Positions 8,374-16,582 of a DNA stretch of 32,000 nucleotides are shown piece after piece. The position numbers and the translations under genes are program-made. The stretch spans positions 1,440,001-1,472,000 of the forward strand of contig NC_000916.1 of NCBI RefSeq assembly GCF_000008645.1, written 5' to 3'. The DNA comes from Methanothermobacter thermautotrophicus str. Delta H. Lineage in GTDB: Archaea > Methanobacteriota > Methanobacteria > Methanobacteriales > Methanothermobacteraceae. The notes under the pieces were generated by a model. The model was not told the DNA's origin. It worked only from the letters and a program-made list of their open reading frames with translations, and made no database searches. Positions within the stretch are counted from its first letter, which is position 1. Each line of letters starts with the position of its first letter.

Positions 8374-8885
8374 TCTTCATCAAGGTAAAGTGGCTTTAAT
8401 CTCCCTGTGTTTATGTCTATTATCAGTCCGTGGACCCCTATGGATTCTGGTATGAGGGGGGATGACTTCAGCCTCTTAACACCCTCAATCACATTCTCTT
8501 CCTCATCACCAACTGGATTCAGCACATCTATACTGAAATTCTCGATGACCTCCTCCTCAACCCCGAGCTCCCTCATCCTTGAGACTATGAGATCCTCATC
8601 AAGGCGTGCCATCCCACAATCGGTGTGCCCGACTATGATGATCTCATTCACACCCAGGGCGTATATGGCAACTGCAGCGGATCTTATAACCCCATCATCC
8701 ACAATGTTACCCGCATTCTTTATTACCTTCGCATCACCCCTCCCGATCCCAAGGGCCCTCTCAAGGAGATCTATAAGTCTCGAGTCCATGCATGTGATGA
8801 TACACAGCTTCGGGGAATGTTTTAGATCTGAGAGATCCCGGAACCTGAAGTCCTGATTTTCTCTGAGGATATCTTTAATAATCAT
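8370..8885 (-). CDS. cab: Beta-class carbonic anhydrase (Cab)
   Basis: Zinc ligands lie in CMDSR and HTDCG. I recognise the sequence as Methanothermobacter Cab. I prefer ATG 8885 (MIIKDILREN...) over the ORF-track start at 8900, because GAGGT lies 8 nt upstream of 8885 and a TATA-like ATAAATTAATTAGG element sits about 25 nt upstream of 8900. Confidence 0.9.
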   Translation of the reverse strand: MIIKDILRENQDFRFRDLSDLKHSPKLCIITCMDSRLIDLLERALGIGRGDAKVIKNAGNIVDDGVIRSAAVAIYALGVNEIIIVGHTDCGMARLDEDLIVSRMRELGVEEEVIENFSIDVLNPVGDEEENVIEGVKRLKSSPLIPESIGVHGLIIDINTGRLKPLYLDED

Positions 8886-8944
8886 GCTAACAAACCTCAT
8901 CTACATTAGTTAGCTATTACCTAATTAATTTATGGAGGGAGAAC

Positions 8945-10342
8945 ATGGATATCGGGAGGAAGAGGGATGTATTCCTAATCATTTTACCGGCACTATGTGC
9001 ATTTGCCCTGGCTTTAATACCCACCTTCAGGTACACTGTTCCACTGACATGGGATGTCTATTACCATATACATAATGCCACCCTTTACATGGGGAGGGGC
9101 ATCGTGTTCTGGGATCCTCTAACCTCCGCCCCCCACGGGAGACCCCTATATTATCCACCCCTCTTTCACATAATGCTGCTTTTTCTCAGTAAAATAACCG
9201 GCCTGGGTTTTTTCACAGTCTCCAGATTCATGCAGCCGGTGTTTGCATTTCTCATTCTACTGTCATTTTCATATGTGTCAGGAAAACTCTACGGACCTCT
9301 GGCAGGATTCTTAACAGGCATGTTCCTATTTTCAAGTCTATTCTTCATGAGGATGATGTTCCCGATCCCTGAGTCCCTTGCGATGATCTCCATCCCCCTC
9401 TTTGTTTATGGATACTACAGGTCCATGGAATGTTGCTCAAGACTTTACCCTGTTTTAACAGGCTTGCTCCTGGGGTTAATGTTAATGACCCATATCCTTT
9501 CTGCCTCCATAATTTTAGCAGTGGTTACTCTCTCAACCATTGTCCTTTACATTGGAAAATATGATATCAGACCATGGAATCTATTAATAATCCTCGGGTC
9601 CGGCCTTTTACTTGCATCGGTCTGGTATGCACCCCTTATAGTTAAATACGGTTTTGTATTCAGGTCACCGGCGACCAGTTCCCTGCCTCTAGAGGGATAC
9701 ATCACCCATCTGGGGGTTCTGCTCACAATCCTTTCACTGGCAGGAATTGTTCATGCGGCTGGACGGAGGGAGAAAAAGGATGTTATAATGGCTGTCTGGA
9801 CTGTATTCGTCCTGGCACTTACAGCTGCCTACCTTCTGGGTTTGAAGGTCCTCTCGGACAGGATACTGTACTTCGCCCTCTTCCCGATGGCAACACTGAG
9901 TGCAAATCTTTTCAATTCAATACGAATAAATAATGGCAAATGGTCCTTTTACGCCATTATTTTGCTTATATCCCTTTACTGCATCTATGATGGTTACTCC
10001 CTTGCAAGCTCCATAAAACTCGAGGTTTCAGATTCTGAACTCGATATTGCAGAGTGGTTCAGGTATAACGGAGACCATGCAACTGTTGTTGTGTCTGACT
10101 ACCACATCCAACCAGCCATAGTTGCAGTTTCAGGGCAACCGGTCTCGGCGGGCGGCTATGCGCCAGGAACCATCCGTTCAATCAACGTGGAAAAATATAT
10201 CAGCAGCTTTAACTATACGAAGCATGATATAATGAGGGATCGTGTGGGATACATAATCCTGGATAATGAGGAGAGGACTCCCCCCTACTCCAGACTTGTT
10301 TACAGGAACCGGGACTTTTCTGTTTACAGAGTGAATGTCTGA
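8945..10342 (+). CDS. Polytopic membrane protein, probable GT-C-type glycosyltransferase (family uncertain)
   Basis: 465 aa with 11 or more hydrophobic segments, followed by a soluble C-terminal domain of about 110 aa. This architecture resembles PMT/ArnT-like lipid-linked-sugar transferases. RBS GGAGGGAG. No WWDYG motif, so it is not AglB. Confidence 0.45.
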   Translation: MDIGRKRDVFLIILPALCAFALALIPTFRYTVPLTWDVYYHIHNATLYMGRGIVFWDPLTSAPHGRPLYYPPLFHIMLLFLSKITGLGFFTVSRFMQPVFAFLILLSFSYVSGKLYGPLAGFLTGMFLFSSLFFMRMMFPIPESLAMISIPLFVYGYYRSMECCSRLYPVLTGLLLGLMLMTHILSASIILAVVTLSTIVLYIGKYDIRPWNLLIILGSGLLLASVWYAPLIVKYGFVFRSPATSSLPLEGYITHLGVLLTILSLAGIVHAAGRREKKDVIMAVWTVFVLALTAAYLLGLKVLSDRILYFALFPMATLSANLFNSIRINNGKWSFYAIILLISLYCIYDGYSLASSIKLEVSDSELDIAEWFRYNGDHATVVVSDYHIQPAIVAVSGQPVSAGGYAPGTIRSINVEKYISSFNYTKHDIMRDRVGYIILDNEERTPPYSRLVYRNRDFSVYRVNV

Positions 10343-10423
10343 CTTTATTCATTGAGGTAATGTGATTAAAAATTCATACGGAGTGAAGGTCTGACTTTAT
10401 CCATATTGGTGATTAACAATTCA
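10326..10423. repeat. Imperfect tandem direct duplication (about 50 nt x 2) spanning the stop codon of the membrane-protein gene
   Basis: Unit 1 (10326..10376) is acagagtgaatgtctgactttattcattgaggtaatgtgattaaaaattca. Unit 2 (10378..10423) is acggagtgaaggtctgactttatccatattggtgattaacaattca. A third partial echo, ccagtgaatgggg, lies at 10432..10444. Confidence 0.7.
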
Positions 10424-10454
10424 AATATTATCCAGTGAATGGGGCTGTTAAAAA

Positions 10455-11822
10455 ATGAAGAAACTATTTGGCACATTCGGAGTTAGAAGACTTGCAAATG
10501 AGGTTTTAACACCTGAATTCGCATCAAAGCTTGCGGCAGCATACGGTTCAACTGTAGAAGGGAAAATAGCTGTTGGAGGAGATACAAGGACATCCACTGT
10601 AATGATAAAGAATGCTGTCATATCCGGCCTTCTTTCAAGCGGATGTGATGTTGTTGACCTGGGAATACTCCCAACGCCAGCCGTTCAGTATGCAGTCAGA
10701 AAATATTATGATGGAGGGGTTATCGTAACGGCGTCCCACAACCCCCCACAGTACAACGGTATAAAATTCGTTGACTCAGACGGCATAGGCATCCCTGATG
10801 ACCTGGAGGAGGAAATAGAAAGGATATTCTTCAGCGAAGATTTCAGGAGGGCCTCCTGGGATAAAATCGGAAACCTCACATCAAACCCCTCCATAATCAG
10901 GGAGTACCAGGACGGTGTCATAGCGAGGGTCGATGCAGAGGCCATCCGTAGAAGGAAATTCCGGGTGGTGGTCGACTGTGGCTGTGGAGCAGCGTCCTAC
11001 ACCATGCCCTACATCCTCAGGAGGCTCGGATGTCAGGTGATAGCACTTAACTCTCAGCCTGATGGTTTCTTCCCGGGCCGTGACCCTGAACCTGTCCCTG
11101 AGAACCTCTCGGAGCTGATGGAGACTGTGAGGTCAACCGGGGCTGATCTGGGCATAGCCCACGACGGTGACGCAGACAGGACAATATGTATCGATGAGAG
11201 GGGAGAATTTGTCCTCGGCGATAAGACATTCGCCCTTGTTGAGAAGAGGATGCTCCAGGAAAAGGGTGGAGGCATAATAGTCACCACCGTCGCAACATCC
11301 TCAGCAATATACGATATAGCATCAGAGAACAACGGAGAGGTAATAACAACAGCTGTAGGGGACCTCCTGGTGGCAAGAAAACTTAAAGAGACAGACGGAC
11401 TATTTGGAGGCGAGGAAAACGGTGGATTAATATTCCCCGACTTTGTATACGGGAGGGACGCAGCCCTCACAGCCGCCACGATACTCGAGATAATGGCCCA
11501 TGAGGACAGGCCACTATCAGCGCTTGTATCGGAACTACCCGCATATTACTCCAGTAAGAGGAAAATAGAATGTCCCGATGAAATTAAAGGGGATGTGATG
11601 GACCTGGTAAGTAAGATGCTGGCAGATGAGGAGGGTGTAAGGGACATAGATACCACAGACGGTGTTAAAATATTCAGTGAAGCCGGGTGGGTCATAATAA
11701 GGCCCTCAGGGACCGAGCCAATATTCAGATGCTTCGCAGAGTCAGAGACACAGGAGCAGGCAGATGAAATGGCCCGCTGGGGCATATCCCTGGTCGAGAG
11801 GGCCATGGAAAAACTGAAATAG
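10455..11822 (+). CDS. Phosphohexomutase (phosphoglucosamine/phosphomannomutase family), paralogue 1
   Basis: 455 aa with the active-site Ser loop TASHNPPQYNGIKF, the Mg loop DGDADR, the sugar loop GEENGG, and the phosphate loop RPSGTEP. Confidence 0.9.
   Translation: MKKLFGTFGVRRLANEVLTPEFASKLAAAYGSTVEGKIAVGGDTRTSTVMIKNAVISGLLSSGCDVVDLGILPTPAVQYAVRKYYDGGVIVTASHNPPQYNGIKFVDSDGIGIPDDLEEEIERIFFSEDFRRASWDKIGNLTSNPSIIREYQDGVIARVDAEAIRRRKFRVVVDCGCGAASYTMPYILRRLGCQVIALNSQPDGFFPGRDPEPVPENLSELMETVRSTGADLGIAHDGDADRTICIDERGEFVLGDKTFALVEKRMLQEKGGGIIVTTVATSSAIYDIASENNGEVITTAVGDLLVARKLKETDGLFGGEENGGLIFPDFVYGRDAALTAATILEIMAHEDRPLSALVSELPAYYSSKRKIECPDEIKGDVMDLVSKMLADEEGVRDIDTTDGVKIFSEAGWVIIRPSGTEPIFRCFAESETQEQADEMARWGISLVERAMEKLK
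11046..11180. repeat. 135-nt tract, 134/135 identical to the reverse complement of 17201..17335
   Basis: Verified base by base. The only difference is cct versus ccg (a synonymous Pro codon). The sequence on the downstream flank, checked by eye, falls to roughly 55-60% identity. Confidence 0.95.
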
Positions 11823-11826
11823 CTGT

Positions 11827-12882
11827 TTAGAGGTTCTCAAGGCACTCCTCACGGAGTATCCCGGCATCCTCATTTTTCGGGTTTATCATCAGGGCCCTGT
11901 TGAAGGCCTCAAGGGCCTCATCGAATCTTTCAAGTTCAAGGAGGGCAACCCCCATGTTGGTCCAGTAGACATCGTTCTCTGGTTCCATTTCAATGGCCCT
12001 CCTGTAGCATTCAAGGGCCTCATTGAATCTTTCAAGTTCAAGGAGGGCGTTACCCTTACGGTTCCAGACATTGGGGTCCTGTTCATCCTCAAGGGCAAGC
12101 TCAAGGGCACTGTTGTATGATTCTATGGCTTCTTCCATCCGCCCGAGGTCAGATAGCAGGTTTCCCCTGGCAGTCCAGACCTCGGCGTTCCGGGGGTCAA
12201 TTTCAAGGGATCGCTCATAGGATTCAAGGGCCTCCAGGGGTTTTCCTGCAACCTCAAGCATCACACCCCTCCAGTAGAGGAGGTCCGGGTCGTGTTTTAT
12301 TTTCAGAGCCCTTTCACTAGCCTCAAGGGCCTCATCCACCCTCCCGGCGTTCAGGAGGGTTATGGCCATGTTATTCCATATGTAGGGGTTCTCAGGTTCT
12401 ATCATTATGGCCCTCCGGTAATTTTCAAGGGCCTCATCGAATCTTCCCAGCCTTGTGAGGTTGTCACCGAGTCTGTTGAGTATGTAGACGTCGTTGGGGT
12501 CTATCCTGAGGGCCGCGGTGTAACATAGCTCTGATTTACTGAATTTACCTGAATCAAAGAGTATGTCCGCCCTTCTTGTTATCATGGCCTTCTCATCGAT
12601 TCTTTTACCTTCCCATTCATCCACAGGAAGTTTTCTGAACCTTATCACCTGGAACTCGGTATCATCCGTGAGTTCACCTTGGTACATCCTCTGGAATTCC
12701 TCTTCGAGCTGTTTGGCGTCCCTGAAACCATCCTCCCTGGCCAGCTCATCGTTCTCTCTGAGTTCCCTGAAACTCACGGTTTCAACGTCTGTCACCACAG
12801 CTTCGAAGACCTTTTCACGGTCCTTTGAGACGAGGTTCCAGTAGCAGTGGAGCCGGTCGCCGACCTGAGGGGCCTCTTCCAC
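11827..12882 (-). CDS. TPR-repeat protein carrying the C-terminal two-thirds of an ASCH domain at its N-terminus (the longest intact frame of a frameshifted gene)
   Basis: 351 codons starting from GTG 12882. Residues from about 110 onward form at least six 34-aa TPR units (..A..Y..AL..DP.N...W...G). Residues 1-90 (GDRLHCYWN...VSFRELRENDELAREDGF...FQVIRFRKL) resemble the distal part of an ASCH/YqfB-like domain. Confidence 0.8.
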   Translation of the reverse strand: MEEAPQVGDRLHCYWNLVSKDREKVFEAVVTDVETVSFRELRENDELAREDGFRDAKQLEEEFQRMYQGELTDDTEFQVIRFRKLPVDEWEGKRIDEKAMITRRADILFDSGKFSKSELCYTAALRIDPNDVYILNRLGDNLTRLGRFDEALENYRRAIMIEPENPYIWNNMAITLLNAGRVDEALEASERALKIKHDPDLLYWRGVMLEVAGKPLEALESYERSLEIDPRNAEVWTARGNLLSDLGRMEEAIESYNSALELALEDEQDPNVWNRKGNALLELERFNEALECYRRAIEMEPENDVYWTNMGVALLELERFDEALEAFNRALMINPKNEDAGILREECLENL

Positions 12883-12956
12883 TTGCGCCTTATAGTCATG
12901 GTCCTTTTGCCTGTTACAAGGTCAATGTCCCTGCTGCTGAATGAGAGTATGGGCAA
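12792..12956 (-). pseudogene. Detached N-terminal segment of the ASCH domain, in a different frame from the TPR ORF
   Basis: TTG 12956, preceded by GGAGGTGGAG, opens a frame reading MPILSFSSRDIDLVTGKRTMTIRRKWKRP... This is the classic ASCH N-terminus (compare YqfB [21 protein letters not shown]). The frame then turns to nonsense and stops at 12792. It overlaps the TPR ORF start. Confidence 0.7.
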
Positions 12957-12995
12957 CGGGTCTCCACCTCCTGGATTCTCTTAGAGGGTTATCAT

Positions 12996-13697
12996 CTAGA
13001 TCTCTTCTTCCCCGAATTCCTCTGTACGTATTTTAACCATTCTGAATCTGTCTCTGACCCTCATTGCAATCTCCCTGAGTCTCCTGGGTGATGGGGGCTC
13101 TGTTTCTCTGAGTGACTCATCAAGGACGACCCTGTTCCTGAACTGCTGCAGGACATAGACATCACATTCGATTGACTCTGCAATCATCTCTATGTCCTCT
13201 TCCCCCATGAGACCCGGGACGAAGGTTGTGCGGCACTCCACTGTGACACCCGAATCCCTGAGGATCTCAAGGCTCCTCATCACGCCCCCGGCACAGGCAC
13301 CGGCAAGTTCAGGGTACCTGTGGAGGGGGGCCTTCACATCAATTGCAACATAGTCAAGAGTGGGGCAGTAGCCTTCAAGGGCTTCAGGATATGAGCCATT
13401 GGTATCCAGTTTCGTTGCAAGTCCCAGGGAACGTGCATGTTCAAGGACAGTTTCGAGGGCATCGACCTGGAGGAGGGGTTCACCCCCACTCACCACCAGG
13501 GCTTCAACGAATTCTGAGTACCTCTCCACATCATCAAGGACAGTTTCGAGGTCAACTTCATCACCCCCATCTATGAGTTCAGGGTTGTGGCAGTAGGGGC
13601 ACCTGAAGTTGCAGCCGGCAGTGAATATAACGAGCGAGGTTTTTCCGGGATAGTCGAGGGTTGAAACTGCCATTGAACCAATCTTCATTGGAATCAC
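12996..13697 (-). CDS. Radical SAM activating enzyme (anaerobic ribonucleotide reductase / glycyl-radical activase family)
   Basis: 233 aa with the CNFRCPYCHN (CxxxCxxC) cluster motif and GGEPLLQ. The 4-nt overlap with hisC suggests translational coupling. Confidence 0.85.
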   Translation of the reverse strand: MIPMKIGSMAVSTLDYPGKTSLVIFTAGCNFRCPYCHNPELIDGGDEVDLETVLDDVERYSEFVEALVVSGGEPLLQVDALETVLEHARSLGLATKLDTNGSYPEALEGYCPTLDYVAIDVKAPLHRYPELAGACAGGVMRSLEILRDSGVTVECRTTFVPGLMGEEDIEMIAESIECDVYVLQQFRNRVVLDESLRETEPPSPRRLREIAMRVRDRFRMVKIRTEEFGEEEI

Positions 13698-14815
13698 TGA
13701 ACCAGTTCACCCAGGACCTCAAGGAACCTTCTATCCTCTTCAAGGGTGCCGACACTGACACGTATCCAGTATTCATCAAGTCCTGTGAAGGAAGTGCAGT
13801 CCCTCACGATTATACCCTTCCTTAAGAGTTCTTCTGAGAGTTCGGCAGCGGTCCTGCCTGTCCCCCTCACGTCAATCAGTATGTAGTTTGCATATGATCT
13901 GAAAACCCTCAGTTCCGGGAATTTCTTTAACCCGGAGTAGAGGTACTCCCTGCTTTTTATTGAGTACTCGGTGGATTTTTTTATGTAATCCCTGTCCCTG
14001 ATGGTTGCAAGGGCAGCTGCATGGGATAGCCTCGTGAGGCTGAAAACCGGCTTTACACGGTGCATGTACTCTATTATCTGTGGGTCCCCGAGACCATAAC
14101 CTATCCTCATACCTGCAAGTCCCATCACCTTTGAGAATGTCCTCAGGATAAAGAGGTTTTCATGGTCAGGGAGGAGGTCAGTGTTGTCCACACCTGCAAA
14201 TTCGGTGTAGGCCTCATCAACAACCACCAGGGTATCTGTTGACTCCAGAACAGCCCGGATGTCCTTCTTATCTATGAGGCCCCCGGTGGGATTGTTGGGT
14301 GTGCAGAGAAAGACGAGGCGGGTTGATTCATCAACCGCATCCAGGACCGATTCAAGGTCGAGGCGGTTCTCGTTGACGTCCCACCGTGCATGGACAGCCC
14401 TTGCATCATGGGCCTGGAGCGTGTACTCATAGTACATGTAGGATGGCATGGGCACGACGAAGGACTCCCCCGGTTCAAGGAAGGTCCTCCCCAGGACATC
14501 GATTATCTCATCGGCACCATCACCACCCACTATAACCTGATCCATCCCAACCCCTGCGTAGTCTGCTATGGCTTCCCTGAGGTCGGTCAGGGCTGACTCG
14601 GGGTATCTGTGAACCGATTCAAGTTCACGCTCCATGGCCTCCACCGCGGCGGGTGATGGGCCCAGGGGGTTCTCATTGGATCCAAGTTTAATTATCTCAT
14701 CCTCTTTAAGACCATAGGCATCTGCAATTTCCTTTATGGATCTTCCAGGTACATAGGGTTCAATATCATTGATCTTATTCCGAATCTTTACCATAGAACC
14801 ACTCTTGAGTTTCAT
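13694..14815 (-). CDS. hisC: Histidinol-phosphate aminotransferase
   Basis: 373 aa with IKLGSNENPLGPSP, NPNNPTG-like CTPNNPTGG, and the PLP-lysine motif RTFSKVMGLAGMRIGY. Confidence 0.92.
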   Translation of the reverse strand: MKLKSGSMVKIRNKINDIEPYVPGRSIKEIADAYGLKEDEIIKLGSNENPLGPSPAAVEAMERELESVHRYPESALTDLREAIADYAGVGMDQVIVGGDGADEIIDVLGRTFLEPGESFVVPMPSYMYYEYTLQAHDARAVHARWDVNENRLDLESVLDAVDESTRLVFLCTPNNPTGGLIDKKDIRAVLESTDTLVVVDEAYTEFAGVDNTDLLPDHENLFILRTFSKVMGLAGMRIGYGLGDPQIIEYMHRVKPVFSLTRLSHAAALATIRDRDYIKKSTEYSIKSREYLYSGLKKFPELRVFRSYANYILIDVRGTGRTAAELSEELLRKGIIVRDCTSFTGLDEYWIRVSVGTLEEDRRFLEVLGELVQ

Positions 14816-14846
14816 ACAATCTCGGTTAACTCAGGTCACTGGAGAG

Positions 14847-15302
14847 TTATTCACGTGCCAGCAGAGCATACCTCCGGGCATTATCCCTTATTGACTCTAT
14901 CTCCTCATCACTGAGTTCTCTCACAGCCCTTGCAGGAGTCCCGATTATCAGGCTTCCAGGGGGGAATTCCTTACCCGAGGTTATCACCGCCCCGGCTCCG
15001 ACGATGGAGTTCTCTCCTATAACGGCACCGTTGAGGATGGTGGAGTTCATACCTATGAGGACATTATCTGCCACAATGCACCCGTGGAGGACCGCGGCGT
15101 GGCCCACAGATACGCAGTCACCAACCCTGACAGGGTATCCGCGACTTGTATGGACTACGCAGTTGTCCTGGATGTTTGAGCAGCGCCCTATCTCGATGGG
15201 TTCAAGGTCGCCCCGCAGGACGGCATTGTACCATACAGAGGAACCATCACCGATCCTCACATCCCCCACTATCCTGGCACCATCAAGGACTCTGAAGCCC
15301 AT
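14847..15302 (-). CDS. Gamma-class carbonic anhydrase family protein (left-handed beta-helix, CamH/YrdA-like)
   Basis: 151 aa of hexapeptide repeats. His51, His68 and His73 have the 17 and 5 spacing of gamma-CA metal ligands. RBS AGGTGA lies before the ATG. Confidence 0.85.
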   Translation of the reverse strand: MGFRVLDGARIVGDVRIGDGSSVWYNAVLRGDLEPIEIGRCSNIQDNCVVHTSRGYPVRVGDCVSVGHAAVLHGCIVADNVLIGMNSTILNGAVIGENSIVGAGAVITSGKEFPPGSLIIGTPARAVRELSDEEIESIRDNARRYALLARE

Positions 15303-15306
15303 CCTA

Positions 15307-16578
15307 TCACCTGTACTCCATTGTAGTGTGCTCCTGCCTGAGTATCACCAGTCTGTCTGAGGGCACATCCCTCGATATCACACAGCCGGCACCTATGCAG
15401 GAATCCTTCCCCACCTTGACACCGGGGTTGAAACTTGAGTTTATACCTGTCTTGACACCATCACCGAACACAGCCCCCAGTTTCCTCCGACCGGTTTCCA
15501 CGACATCATCCTTTACCACCATCCTGACGGGGCCATCATCAAATCGCAGATTGGCTATGTTGGTACCTGCAGCTATGTTACAGTTCATCCCTATAACGGA
15601 ATCCCCCACATAGCTGAGGTGGTTGATGTTTGTACCGTCCATTATGATTGAATTCTTGACTTCGACGGCGTTCCCTATACTTACACCGTCCCCTATACAG
15701 GTATGGGCCCTGAGGTAGGAGTTGGGGCCTATATCGCAGTTTCTGCCTATGTAGACCGGTCCCTGGATGTAGGTGCCTGACCTTATAATGGTGCCCTCGC
15801 CAATGGCAACAGGGCCATGTATGGTCACACCATCCTCCACATCACCCTCCACGGAATCCTCAAGGTCCTTCATGAGCCTTTCACTTGCCTCAAGGAGTTC
15901 CCATGGTCTGCCAACATCTATCCAGTCCCTGTCTGATATTATGGCCCTCACAGGGAGGTCATCCCTCACCTGCATCATTATGGTGTCTGTTATCTCGTAT
16001 TCTCCCCTCCTGGATAGGGGGGTTCTCTCTATATAATCAAAGACGGCCGGGCTGAACACGTATATGCCTGTGTTTATGAGGTTCCCTGCCCCTGCATCGG
16101 GGCCTGGTTTCTCTATGATCTCCCTTACACGGTCCCCCTCAACCTTAACGACCCCGAAGGAGGAGGGGTCCGGGACCTCCCTGAGGACCATCAGTGTTTC
16201 GGGTTTCCTCTCATGGTATGACCCAATCAGGTCGCCCATGAGCCCCGGATCCGTGATGATGTCCCCGTTAAGTACAATGAACTCATCGTCTATAAGCTCT
16301 GAGGCCTGACCTATGGCATGAGCCGTTCCAAGGCGTTCCTCCTGCCTTACGTAGGTTATATTGACTCCTGATCCGGATCCGTCGCCGAAGTGGGACCTGA
16401 CGGCCTCCTCATGATAGCCTGTTATCATCACGATATCATGGACACCGTTGTCCCTGAGGGCATCCACACTGTACTGTAGTATGGGTTTACCTGCAACTGG
16501 CAGCATGGTCTTGGGCCTTGTGAGGGTGAGGGGTCGCATCCTGGTCCCCTCACCTGCTGTTAGAATAACTGCCTGCAT
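15307..16578 (-). CDS. glmU: Bifunctional sugar-1-phosphate nucleotidylyltransferase / acetyltransferase (archaeal GlmU-type, UDP-GlcNAc synthesis)
   Basis: 423 aa. The N-terminal region has LTAGEGTRMRPLT (the GxGTR nucleotidyltransferase loop). The C-terminal half is a long left-handed beta-helix of hexapeptide repeats. It sits directly downstream of a phosphohexomutase gene. Confidence 0.85.
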   Translation of the reverse strand: MQAVILTAGEGTRMRPLTLTRPKTMLPVAGKPILQYSVDALRDNGVHDIVMITGYHEEAVRSHFGDGSGSGVNITYVRQEERLGTAHAIGQASELIDDEFIVLNGDIITDPGLMGDLIGSYHERKPETLMVLREVPDPSSFGVVKVEGDRVREIIEKPGPDAGAGNLINTGIYVFSPAVFDYIERTPLSRRGEYEITDTIMMQVRDDLPVRAIISDRDWIDVGRPWELLEASERLMKDLEDSVEGDVEDGVTIHGPVAIGEGTIIRSGTYIQGPVYIGRNCDIGPNSYLRAHTCIGDGVSIGNAVEVKNSIIMDGTNINHLSYVGDSVIGMNCNIAAGTNIANLRFDDGPVRMVVKDDVVETGRRKLGAVFGDGVKTGINSSFNPGVKVGKDSCIGAGCVISRDVPSDRLVILRQEHTTMEYR

Positions 16579-16582
16579 TCCA

